This document shows, piece by piece, positions 10,134 through 19,077 of a DNA stretch of 64,000 nucleotides; position 1 is the first letter of the stretch, and the number at the start of each line of letters is the position of its first letter. This stretch comes from an uncultured Acidobacteriota bacterium (GTDB lineage Bacteria; Acidobacteriota; Thermoanaerobaculia; Multivoradales; UBA5704). Location: positions 1,024,001 to 1,088,000 of the forward strand of contig OY969474.1 in NCBI GenBank assembly GCA_963700145.1, given 5' to 3'. A program made the position numbers and the translations under genes. The notes beneath the pieces are model-generated. The model worked only from the letters and a program-made list of their open reading frames with translations, did no database searches and had not been told where the DNA came from.

Positions 10134-10360
10134 GTATCAGAGCCTGATACCCCCGTCGCAAGGCCTGATACTCCCGTATGGAGCCCCGATACTCTCGTAT
10201 CAGCCGTTGATACTGTCGTATCGGGCGTTGATACGTCCGTATCAGGCGCCGATACCCTCGTAGCACGGGCCGATACCTCCGTAGCAGGCACCGATACGTC
10301 CGTATCACCTGCCGATACGCTCGTATCGAGCGCTGATACGCCCGTATCAGCACCTGATAC
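10134..10360. repeat. About 11 tandem 21-bp palindromic units (GTATC-N7-GATAC-N4)
   Basis: Periodic GTATC...GATAC visible every 21 bp. Confidence 0.85.
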
Positions 10361-10424
10361 GTCTTCCTCAGGCGTCGCTACTGGATTGTTCGCGGGGATG
10401 GTCTACGCGCGTAGGATCGGGGTG

Positions 10425-11543
10425 ATGCGCTGTCGCCCGCGTCTCCCCTCTCCCACCGTCGCCGCCCTCGCGGCGGTCCTTCTTCTCACCGCCTGCTTCG
10501 ATCCGCCCGTCCGCGAGACCGTCGAGCTGCGCTTCCTGCCGCACGGCGAGTACGTCGTCACCAGCCGGGTCGAGATCACCGAGCCCGAGAAGACCGGCAA
10601 CCGGGCGCTGGAGCGGCGGCTGGCGGAGGTGCGGCGGGCGCTGGCGCAGGAGGACGACGACTGGTCGCGGCGCTTCGCCGCCCTCGCGCCGGCGGCGGAG
10701 CGCTTCGCCTGGGAGAAGCACCTCGGCGCCCTGCACCGGGTGGAGCGCTCGGCGGTGCTCGACGAGCCGGCCCAGCTCGCCGCCTTCTTCGCCGACACCC
10801 CGCTCGCCGTGAGCTACGAGGTGCGCGACGGCCTGGGCGAGCTGGCGGTCGTCCCCGGGCCGGCCGGCCGCGCCACCCGCCGCCAGCGGCGTGAGATGGA
10901 CGAAGCGCTCGCCCAGTGGAGCGCCAGCGTCGCCGCCTACCTCGCCGCCGCCGAGGACCTCTACGCCTACCTCGACCGCCGTCCCGAGCGCGCCCGCGCC
11001 GCCCTCGGCGGCCTCCTCTCCGATCTCCTCTCCGACACCGAGCGCGCCGCCCTCGGCACGCTCGACGAGGCCGAGCAGGCCCTCGTCGAGCCCCTCGAGA
11101 AGGCCATGGAAGAGGTGGTCGGCGTGCTGCTCGTCGCGCCCGGCGAGGAGCTCTCGCTCGACGAGCTGTCGCACCTGGTCTACGACCCCTTCCCGGCGGC
11201 CCTGCGGGTGCGGCTGCCGGTGACGCCGCAGGAGGTCGAGGGGTTCGCGCGCGGCGGCGAGGGCGAGCTGGTGGTGCCCGGGCTCGGCCTCTGGCCGGCG
11301 CTGCGCGCCCTCGAGGGGCGGTGGCTCTCGCCCGACCCGGCGCTCCTCTACGTCGAGCTGCGCGGCCGGCGCGCCGAATCGCCGCTCGACCTGGCCGAGC
11401 TCATCACCCGCGAGCGCCGCGCGGCGGAGGCGCCGACCGCCGCCGAGGTCCGCCTGGCCATCGAGGAGCGTCTCGAGCCCGCTTCGCTCTACCGCGCCGC
11501 CTGGCCGGTCACCCCGGGCGAGAGCGACCTCACCGGCTTCTAG
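10425..11543 (+). CDS. Hypothetical lipoprotein
   Basis: Lipobox LLLTAC; GC3-rich codon usage. Confidence 0.6.
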   Translation: MRCRPRLPSPTVAALAAVLLLTACFDPPVRETVELRFLPHGEYVVTSRVEITEPEKTGNRALERRLAEVRRALAQEDDDWSRRFAALAPAAERFAWEKHLGALHRVERSAVLDEPAQLAAFFADTPLAVSYEVRDGLGELAVVPGPAGRATRRQRREMDEALAQWSASVAAYLAAAEDLYAYLDRRPERARAALGGLLSDLLSDTERAALGTLDEAEQALVEPLEKAMEEVVGVLLVAPGEELSLDELSHLVYDPFPAALRVRLPVTPQEVEGFARGGEGELVVPGLGLWPALRALEGRWLSPDPALLYVELRGRRAESPLDLAELITRERRAAEAPTAAEVRLAIEERLEPASLYRAAWPVTPGESDLTGF

Positions 11544-12852
11544 CCAGGATCTCCTCCGCCGCCGTCTTGCCGCTGCGCATCGAGTGGTCCATGTTGAAGT
11601 ACTGCCACTCGCCGAAGCGGCCGACCGGCCAGATGCCGTGCTCCTTGAGCCAGGCGCGGATCACGCCGACGTTCTTGGCGTGGTCGAGGTCGTAGATCAC
11701 GTAGGCCGGCAGGATCTCCTCGGTGTGGACGAGCTCGATGCGGTCGTCGGGGGAGAGGATCTCGGCCGTCTGGAGGGCGGCGATCGTCCGCTCCACCGCC
11801 TGGTCGCGGTCGAGCGGCCGCTCGCGCGAGAAGGCCACCTCGGTCGAGATCGAGCTCTTCCCCGGCGGCACGGTGCCGGGGCTGAAGTTGGCCGGGAAGG
11901 AGAGCCGGTGGAAGGGGAACGGCTCCTCGTAGAAGTAGACCCAGTGCTTGTCCGAGATCCGCTCGCGGTCGATGCCCAGGTTGACGCAGTAGATCCCCTG
12001 GTAGCGGAGGCCGGCGCAGGCCCGCTCGACCTCCGGCGGCAGCGCGTCGCAGAGCGCGGGCAGGAGGGCCAGCGGCAGGGAGTAGACCAGCTTCGAGAAC
12101 GGCACGACCTCGCCGTCGGCGAAGACCAGGCGCTGGCCGGCGACCTCCAGTCGCTCCACCCGGCGGTTGAGATGGACGTTGCGCAGGCGCGCGCCGAGCG
12201 CCCGCGGCAGCGGCTCGATGCCGCCGACCTTCGGGTACCAGAAGGCCGCGGTGGCCCCCACCTGCGGCACCTCGTCCGACAGCGCGCCGGCGATGATCCG
12301 CTCGTAGTCCGGGGTCGGCACGCGGCGACCGATCCAGCTGAAGTCCATGGTCGCGGGCTCGACCGTCCAGATCTTCCGCGCGTAGGGGATCATCAGGTGC
12401 TCGGCGATGCCGTCGCCGAAGAAGCCGCGCATCCACTCCTCGTAGTTGGCGGGCTGGAAGGCGCCGCGCGCCTGCCGCTCGACCGCCCGCACCAGCCCCA
12501 CCAGGCAGTCGCGCACCACCTCGACCGGCAGGCCGTGGAGGTGGGCCTGGAAGGGGAAGCGGGTGTAGAGGCGGCTGGCGTGGTGGTAGATGTAGGCCTC
12601 GCGCTCCTGGGCGTGGAAGTTGTCCCCCAGGAGCTCGCGGATCAGCGCCTCCATCTCGGCGTCGATGGTGAAGAGGATGTGGGGGCCGAAGTCGAAGAGG
12701 TAGCCGCCGGCGGCGATCGAGCGCGCCAGCCCACCCAGCCGCTCCTCCTTCTCGTAGAGCTGCCAGTGGTCCTCTCCCGCCTGCTGGAAGGTGTAGGCGG
12801 CGGTCATGCCGGCGAGACCGCCGCCCAGGATCACGTCCTGTCGCTCCGCCAT
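11530..12852 (-). CDS. FAD-dependent oxidoreductase (HemY/UDP-galactopyranose mutase-like)
   Basis: GGGLAG dinucleotide motif, GGLARS, FDFGPH, GRFGEWQYFNMDH. Confidence 0.8.
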   Translation of the reverse strand: MAERQDVILGGGLAGMTAAYTFQQAGEDHWQLYEKEERLGGLARSIAAGGYLFDFGPHILFTIDAEMEALIRELLGDNFHAQEREAYIYHHASRLYTRFPFQAHLHGLPVEVVRDCLVGLVRAVERQARGAFQPANYEEWMRGFFGDGIAEHLMIPYARKIWTVEPATMDFSWIGRRVPTPDYERIIAGALSDEVPQVGATAAFWYPKVGGIEPLPRALGARLRNVHLNRRVERLEVAGQRLVFADGEVVPFSKLVYSLPLALLPALCDALPPEVERACAGLRYQGIYCVNLGIDRERISDKHWVYFYEEPFPFHRLSFPANFSPGTVPPGKSSISTEVAFSRERPLDRDQAVERTIAALQTAEILSPDDRIELVHTEEILPAYVIYDLDHAKNVGVIRAWLKEHGIWPVGRFGEWQYFNMDHSMRSGKTAAEEILARSR

Positions 12853-12939
12853 GGCGCGCGGGGTCAGAGGGCAGGGGTCGCGATCATGGCGGGCGACTCT
12901 ACCAGCGTCGATCGGGGCGCGGCGCCGGACCCGCGCCGC

Positions 12940-14577
12940 TCACGCCATCATCCGGTGGTACTCGCGCGTCGTCTCCGGCAGCGGCTCGACGCCCAGCTCC
13001 TCGGAGAGCAGCGTCGTCAGCCGGTCGTACTGGCGGCGCACCAGGTCGCGCCGCCCTTCGCGCGAGTAGAGGCGCATGACGGCGAGGTGGACCCGCTCCT
13101 GCAGCGGGTCCTCGACCAGCAGCGCGCGGTAGGCGTCCATCGCCTCGGGGTGACGCTCGAGGCGGACGCAGAGGTCGCCGAGGTCGCGCAGCATGTCGAG
13201 GTACTGCCGCTGCGCCGCCTCCCGCCGCGCCACCACCCAGCTCTCGTAGTGCCCCTGCAGGAACGGCCCGCGGTAGAGCGACCAGCCGGCGCGCCAGGCC
13301 TCGACCGCCTCCTCCCCCTCCTCGCGCGCCGCCCGCTCGCGCCCGCGCTCGAGGAGCTGCCCGAACTCGACGAGGTCGATCTCCCAGGTGATCTCCGGGT
13401 TGAGCCGGTAGATGTCGCCGCGCAGCAGCAGCGGCGGCGGCAGCTGGCGGCGGCGCTCCCCTTCCAGCGTGCGCCGGAGGTGCGAGAGCGTGGGGTGGAA
13501 GTTGTTCTGGATCTTCTCCTCGCCTTCGGTCGGCCAGACCGCCTCGATCAGCTCCTCGCGGCCGGCCTGGAGCGCCGGGCAGGAGGCGAGGTAGGCCAGC
13601 ACCTTGAAGGAGCGGCGGAGGCGCCAGGCGAGCGGCCGCTCGCTGCGGTCGGGGAGCTTCTCGCGCACCTCCGGGTCGCCCAGCAGGGCGACGGCGTAGG
13701 CGGCGGCGCCGCCGACCGGCTGCGGCGCGGCGCGTGTGAAGACCGTCGGCGCCGGCGCCGCGCTCACCGCCACCGAGCGGCTGCGCTCGCGCTCGAGGTA
13801 GGCGGCGAGGAGGCGCGGGAAGCGGCGCTGCCCCCCCTCCTCGATCCACAGGCCGTGCTCCTCGATGGCGCGCTGCAGGTGGGCGCGCTGGTGGTCCGGC
13901 TCGCGGCGGGCGATCTCGGGGCCGAGCAAGAGAGGCGCCGACTGCAGCAGCTCGCGCTCCTCGGCGCCCAGGCTCCCCAGGGCCTCGTGCTGGACGAAGG
14001 AGCGGATCGACTCGAGCTCCAGCAGCTCGGCGGCGCCGCCGCTCCCCACCGCCCGGTCCGCCTCGGCCACCAGGCGCAGCGGGCGGTACCAGCCGTCGGT
14101 GGCGTCGACCAGGGTGCGGGCTTCGCGGTCGGGCAGGTCGCGGCCGGCGGCCAGCCGCCAGAGGGCGGCGGTCTCGCTGCGGCCGAGCAGCAGCTCCTGC
14201 GGCGCCACGACGGTGCACGGCAGGTCGCCGAAGGCGAGGCGGCGGCGGGTGCCGAAGACCAGGCGCTGCCCGGGCCGCAGCCAGCGCACCGCGTCGGCCA
14301 GCCGCTCGGGCGGGCAGCTCGTCGCCACCAGCCAGCGGGCGCCTCCCTGGTCGGCGTACTCCAGCGCCTCGCGCAGCGCCTGCTCGTCGGAGACCTCGGC
14401 GAGCGCCAGCGCCGTGGCGCGCTCCCCCTCGGCCTCCAGCAGCGCTTCGAGCAGCGCCGAGCGGCCGCTCCCCGGCCAGCCCCAGACCTGCACCAGCGGC
14501 GTCTCGGCGGTGCGCACGCGCCGCAGCAATCGCTCGACGTGCGGCAGCCGTGGCCTGGGGGGAACGGGGGCTCTCAA
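12940..14577 (-). CDS. SARP/BTAD-domain transcriptional regulator
   Basis: C-terminal LYRGPFL, DPLQERVHLAVMRLY, LSEELGVEPLPET; degenerate P-loop at the N-terminus. Confidence 0.8.
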   Translation of the reverse strand: MRAPVPPRPRLPHVERLLRRVRTAETPLVQVWGWPGSGRSALLEALLEAEGERATALALAEVSDEQALREALEYADQGGARWLVATSCPPERLADAVRWLRPGQRLVFGTRRRLAFGDLPCTVVAPQELLLGRSETAALWRLAAGRDLPDREARTLVDATDGWYRPLRLVAEADRAVGSGGAAELLELESIRSFVQHEALGSLGAEERELLQSAPLLLGPEIARREPDHQRAHLQRAIEEHGLWIEEGGQRRFPRLLAAYLERERSRSVAVSAAPAPTVFTRAAPQPVGGAAAYAVALLGDPEVREKLPDRSERPLAWRLRRSFKVLAYLASCPALQAGREELIEAVWPTEGEEKIQNNFHPTLSHLRRTLEGERRRQLPPPLLLRGDIYRLNPEITWEIDLVEFGQLLERGRERAAREEGEEAVEAWRAGWSLYRGPFLQGHYESWVVARREAAQRQYLDMLRDLGDLCVRLERHPEAMDAYRALLVEDPLQERVHLAVMRLYSREGRRDLVRRQYDRLTTLLSEELGVEPLPETTREYHRMMA

Positions 14578-14610
14578 GACAGAAGGTGCTCCGCGGGTCG
14601 CGGCAGCTTA

Positions 14611-15372
14611 TCAGCCGGCCCGCAGACGATCGCGGACCTGCTGCATGTCCTCCCAGGTGGGACGCTTGAGCGCCGGGTTGCGCAGCAGCGCCGCCGGGTG
14701 GTAGGTGACCATCGTCGGCACGTCCAGCACCCGGAACCACTGCCCGCGCATGCGCCCGATCGGCGTGTCGTTGCCGAGCAGCACCTGCGCCGCGATCCGT
14801 CCCAGCGCCACCAGCACCCGCGGGCGCACCAGCGCGATCTGCTGCTCCAGGTACGGCAGGCAGGAGGCGGCCTCGTCGGGGAGCGGGTCGCGGTTGCCCG
14901 GCGGGCGGCACTTGAGGATGTTGGCGATGTAGACGTCCTCGCGCCGCAGATCGATCGCCTGGATGATGCGGTTGAGCAGCTCGCCGGCGCGGCCGACGAA
15001 GGGCAGCCCCTGGCGGTCCTCCTCGGCCCCCGGCGCCTCGCCCACGAACATCAGGTCGGCGTCCGGGTTGCCGGCGCCGAAGACCACCGTCTGCCGCCCG
15101 CCGGCCAGCCGGCAGCGGGTGCAGGTCGAGGCCACGACGGCGAGGGCGGCGAGCGCGGCGGCGCGGGCGCCGGCCTCCGCCGGCACCTCGATGGGCGGCG
15201 GATCGAAGAGCGAGCCCGGCCGCGCGGCGGCGGGCAGCTCCTCGTCGCGCGGCGGCGGCGCGGCGGCCGCGACCGCCGCCTCGCCGGACGCCGCCCGCAG
15301 GTAGACCTCGCCGTAGCCGATGTCGGCCAGGTAGGCGAGGAGGTCAGCGAGCGCCGGGGAGGGAGCGCTCAC
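14611..15372 (-). CDS. Uracil-DNA glycosylase family 4
   Basis: [35 protein letters not shown]. Confidence 0.92.
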   Translation of the reverse strand: MSAPSPALADLLAYLADIGYGEVYLRAASGEAAVAAAAPPPRDEELPAAARPGSLFDPPPIEVPAEAGARAAALAALAVVASTCTRCRLAGGRQTVVFGAGNPDADLMFVGEAPGAEEDRQGLPFVGRAGELLNRIIQAIDLRREDVYIANILKCRPPGNRDPLPDEAASCLPYLEQQIALVRPRVLVALGRIAAQVLLGNDTPIGRMRGQWFRVLDVPTMVTYHPAALLRNPALKRPTWEDMQQVRDRLRAG

Positions 15373-16597
15373 GGGGGGCGAGGGCGGGGGTGAAGAGGTC
15401 GAGCAGGTCGCCGGCGAGGCGGGTCTTCGGACGGCGGGAGAGGAAGACGGGCTCGCCGTCCCGCCGGAAGACGGTCACCTCGTTGGCCTCCTGGCCGAAG
15501 GCGATGTCGGCGCGGGAAACGTCGTTGGCGACCAGGAAGTCGCACCCCTTGCGCGCCAGCTTGGCGCGTGCCGCCGCCTCGAGGTCGCCGGTCTCGGCGG
15601 CGAAGCCGACGGTGACCGCGCCCGGGGCCCAGCGCGGCAGCTCGGCGAGGATGTCCGGGGTCGCCGCGAGCTCCAGCCGCGGCACCCCCTGCTCCTTCTT
15701 GAGCTTGGCGGCGGCGGGACGGACCGGCGCGTAGTCGGCCACCGCCGCGGCCATGACCACCAGGTCCGCCGCCGGCGCCAGCTCGCGCACCGCGGCGGCC
15801 ATCTCGGCGGCGGTCTCGACGTCCGTCCGCTCGACCCCCGCCGGCGTCGGCAGGGCCACCGGCCCCGCCACCAAGAACACGCGGGCGCCGCGGCGGGCGG
15901 CCTCGTCCGCCAGCGCGAACCCCATCTTGCCGCTCGAGCGGTTGCCCAGGAAGCGGACCGGGTCGATGGGCTCGTGGGTGGGGCCGGCGGTCACCAGGAC
16001 GGTGCGGCCGGCGAGCGGCGCGGCGGCCGCCGCCGCGGCGCGGCCGTGCGCCGCCGCCCAGGCCTCCTCCACCGCGGCGGCGATCGCCTCCGGCTCGGCC
16101 ATCCGCCCCATCCCGCTCTCCCCCGAGGCGAGCGGCCCTTCGACCGGCCCGACGAGACGGGCGCCGCGGCGGCGCAGGGCGTCGAGGTGGTCCTGGAGCG
16201 GCGCCTTCTCCCACATCCAGGGGTGCATCGCGGGGGCCAGCACCAGCGGCCCGGGGAAGGCGAGGGCGGTGGTGGTCAGGAAGTCGTCGGCGAGGCCGAG
16301 GGCGAGGCGGCCGAGCAGGTGGGCGGTGGCCGGGGCCACGCACAGCACCTCGGCCCACCGCGCGGCGGCGATGTGCCCCTCCTCGCCGCTGCCGCTCGCG
16401 GTGAGGTACTCCTCCTGCCAGACGGGATAGCCGGTGAGAACTTCGAGGGTCAGCGGCGTGATGAAGGAGGCGGCGCCGCGCGTCGCCGCGCAGCGCACCT
16501 CGTGGCCGCGCTCGCGCAGCCGGCGGACCAGCTCGGCCGCTTTGTAGGCGGCGATGCCGCCGCTGACTCCCAGCAGGACGCGGATCGGCCGCTCCCG
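15344..16597 (-). CDS. coaBC: Bifunctional phosphopantothenoylcysteine decarboxylase/ligase (start codon unclear)
   Basis: [52 protein letters not shown]. Confidence 0.92.
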   Translation of the reverse strand, partial: RERPIRVLLGVSGGIAAYKAAELVRRLRERGHEVRCAATRGAASFITPLTLEVLTGYPVWQEEYLTASGSGEEGHIAAARWAEVLCVAPATAHLLGRLALGLADDFLTTTALAFPGPLVLAPAMHPWMWEKAPLQDHLDALRRRGARLVGPVEGPLASGESGMGRMAEPEAIAAAVEEAWAAAHGRAAAAAAAPLAGRTVLVTAGPTHEPIDPVRFLGNRSSGKMGFALADEAARRGARVFLVAGPVALPTPAGVERTDVETAAEMAAAVRELAPAADLVVMAAAVADYAPVRPAAAKLKKEQGVPRLELAATPDILAELPRWAPGAVTVGFAAETGDLEAAARAKLARKGCDFLVANDVSRADIAFGQEANEVTVFRRDGEPVFLSRRPKTRLAGDLLDLFTPALAPRERSLPGAR

Positions 16598-16843
16598 CTA
16601 GTGAACCTCGGCCGCCGCCGCTTCCTCGCTGGCCGCCTCGGCCGGCGGCTCGGGCTGCGGCGCCGGGCCGTAGTCCCACTCCACCATGTCGCCGTGGATC
16701 TCCTCCATGGCGAGGAGGGTGGGCTTCTTCTTCTCGGCGTCGCGCTTGGGGCGCGCGCCGCGCATGAGCTGCTCGGCGCGCTTGGCGGCGAGCAGCACGA
16801 GTCGGAACTTGCTGTCGATCTCTGGCGGCATATTCGGTTCCAT
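16598..16843 (-). CDS. rpoZ: RNA polymerase omega subunit
   Basis: IDSKFRLVLLAAKRAEQL; gmk-rpoZ-coaBC synteny. Confidence 0.92.
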   Translation of the reverse strand: MEPNMPPEIDSKFRLVLLAAKRAEQLMRGARPKRDAEKKKPTLLAMEEIHGDMVEWDYGPAPQPEPPAEAASEEAAAAEVH

Positions 16844-16893
16844 GCGTCCTCATCGGACCGGCGGCGAGGGGCCGCCGGTGCTGCTTGGTGGGC

Positions 16894-17523
16894 TCAGACC
16901 CGTTCCTGGAAGCTGGCCAGGACCTCCTGGATGCGCTCCCGCATCCGCTCCTGGCCGTGGCGCTTTTCGAGGATGATCGCCGCCAGGACTTCCCCGGCCC
17001 GGCGGACATCGTCGTTGATTATAACGTATCGGTAGCGGTCGTAACGGCTGATCTCCCAAATGGATACGTGCAGGCGGCGGCGGATGGCCTCGGGGTCGTC
17101 CAGGCCGCGCCCGGCGAGACGCGCCTCCAGGGCCTCGTAGGAGGGGGGCAGGACGAAGACGCTCTGCGCCTCGGGGTGGCGGGCCAGCACCTGCTCGGCC
17201 CCCTGGACGTCGATGTCCAGCACCACGTCGGTCCCCTGATCGAGGCGCGGAAAGACCTCCCGCTTGGCGGTCCCGTAGCGGTTGCCGTGGACGACCGCCC
17301 ACTCCAGGAACTCGCCGGCCTCGACCATGCGCTCGAACTCCGCGGCGGAGACGAAGTGGTAGTCGCGGCCGTCCACCTCGCCGTCGCGCGGCCGGCGGGT
17401 GGTGTGGGAGACCGAGAAGGCGATGTCGCCGGTGGCGCCGAGGCGGCCGTCGAAGAGGCTGCGGATGAGGGTCGTCTTGCCGGCGCCGGACGGCGCGGAG
17501 ACGATGAACAGCTCGCCCGGCAT
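16894..17523 (-). CDS. gmk: Guanylate kinase
   Basis: SAPSGAGKTT, SVSHTTRRPR, DYHFVS, GNRYGT, LDIDVQGA. Confidence 0.95.
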   Translation of the reverse strand: MPGELFIVSAPSGAGKTTLIRSLFDGRLGATGDIAFSVSHTTRRPRDGEVDGRDYHFVSAAEFERMVEAGEFLEWAVVHGNRYGTAKREVFPRLDQGTDVVLDIDVQGAEQVLARHPEAQSVFVLPPSYEALEARLAGRGLDDPEAIRRRLHVSIWEISRYDRYRYVIINDDVRRAGEVLAAIILEKRHGQERMRERIQEVLASFQERV

Positions 17524-17546
17524 GGGGGCGGGATCGTAACAGACGG

Positions 17547-18425
17547 TCACTCCACGTTCTGCACCTGCTCCCGCAGCTGCTCGCAGAGCACCTTGCCGTC
17601 GAGGACGGCGCGGACCATCTCGGTGTGGCGACCCTTGGCGCCCAGGGTGTTGAGCTCGCGGAAGACCTCCTGGGTCAGGAAGTCGAGGCGCTTGCCGGCC
17701 GGCTCGCGGGCGCCCATCACCTCGCGGAAGTGCTGCAGGTGGGAGGACAGCCGGTCCAGCTCCTCGCGCACGTCGCTGCGGTCGACGAGGAGCGCCACCT
17801 CCTGCACCAGCCGCGGCTCCTCCACCGCCTGCCCGCGCAGCAGCTCGGCGAGCCGCCGCGACAGCCCGGCGGCCAGCTCCTCGCGCACCGGCCCCTGCAG
17901 CGCCTCGAGGCGCTCGACGACCTCGGCGAGCCCCTCCAGCCGGCGCTCCAGCGCCGCCGCCAGGTGCCGCCCTTCGAGGTCGCGCCCGGCGTCGAGCTGG
18001 TCGAGGGCCTCCTCGGCCACCCGCAGCAGCAGCGCCTCGTCCTCGCCGCTCCACTCGTCCGGCTCGAGCTCGACGCGGAAGGCCTCCGGCAGGCGGAGGA
18101 GGTCGCCGGCGGTGAGCTCGCCGGCGATCAGGCCCTGCGACACCAGGTCGTGCGTGGCCGCGTGGGCGGCGCGGACGACGCCCATGTGCAGCTCGACCCG
18201 CGCCTGCCGCTCGCCCAAGGCCCGCGCCTCGACGCGCACCTCCACCCGCCCCCGCGCGACGTGCGCGGCGATGCGCTCGCGCAGCGCGGCCTCGCTGCCG
18301 CGCGCCGCCTCGTCGAGCCGCGCCTGCACGTCGAGGAAGCGGTGGTTGACGGCGCGCAGGGCCACCGTTACCGCGTGCCGGCGGTTCTCGCCCGAGGCCT
18401 GCCCGAAACCGGTCATGCTGCGCAT
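17547..18425 (-). CDS. yicC: YicC/YloC family endoribonuclease
   Basis: MRSMTGFG, VNHRFLD, GKRLDFLTQE, REQVQNVE. Confidence 0.93.
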   Translation of the reverse strand: MRSMTGFGQASGENRRHAVTVALRAVNHRFLDVQARLDEAARGSEAALRERIAAHVARGRVEVRVEARALGERQARVELHMGVVRAAHAATHDLVSQGLIAGELTAGDLLRLPEAFRVELEPDEWSGEDEALLLRVAEEALDQLDAGRDLEGRHLAAALERRLEGLAEVVERLEALQGPVREELAAGLSRRLAELLRGQAVEEPRLVQEVALLVDRSDVREELDRLSSHLQHFREVMGAREPAGKRLDFLTQEVFRELNTLGAKGRHTEMVRAVLDGKVLCEQLREQVQNVE

Positions 18426-18438
18426 GGATCGTCCTCCG

Positions 18439-19068
18439 TCATTGCTGGGCCAGCTCTTCCGCCCGCGCCTCGGCGGCGTGCAGCCGCCGCCCCAGCTCCT
18501 CGGCGTAGGCGGGGACTTCGGCGTCGCGCGGCACCGCCAGCGGCTCGCCGCAGACGAAGTGGACGGTGGCGAGCGGCAGCGGCACGACGAAGCGGTCCCA
18601 GCTCTTGAGCCGCCGGCGGCGCGTCGCGGCGTAGGCCACCGGCTGGATCGGGAAGCCGGTCGCCGCCGCCGCCAGGATCACCCCCGGCTGCACCACCCCG
18701 GCCGGACCGCGCGGGCCGTCGGGGGTGAAGGCGAGGTCGTAGCCGGCCTTCGCCTTGCGCAGCAGCTCGCGCAGCCCCACCGCGCCGCCGCGGCTGGTCG
18801 AGCCGCGCGAGGAGTCGATGCCGAGGCGCCCCACGGTGCGCGCGATCAGCTCGCCGTCCCGGCTCGCCGAGACCAGCACCGAGATCCGCCGCCCGCGGTA
18901 GACGTACGGCATGAGCAGCAGGTGGCGGTGCCAGAAGGTGAGGATGAAGCGCTCGTCGTTCGTCTCCCACCGCCGCTGCGCCGCGTCGCCGTGCCGGCGC
19001 ACCCGCACCGTAGCGCGCAGCCCGCGGATGACGGCGGCGGCCAGGAAGGAGACGAGCGCGGTCCCCAG
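18439..19068 (-). CDS. DUF374 / lysophospholipid acyltransferase-family protein (probable CTG start)
   Basis: FWH, VSASRDGE, RGSTSRGG, TPDGPRGP, SWDRFVVPLP. Confidence 0.8.
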   Translation of the reverse strand: MGTALVSFLAAAVIRGLRATVRVRRHGDAAQRRWETNDERFILTFWHRHLLLMPYVYRGRRISVLVSASRDGELIARTVGRLGIDSSRGSTSRGGAVGLRELLRKAKAGYDLAFTPDGPRGPAGVVQPGVILAAAATGFPIQPVAYAATRRRRLKSWDRFVVPLPLATVHFVCGEPLAVPRDAEVPAYAEELGRRLHAAEARAEELAQQ

Positions 19069-19077
19069 GCGCGCTCC

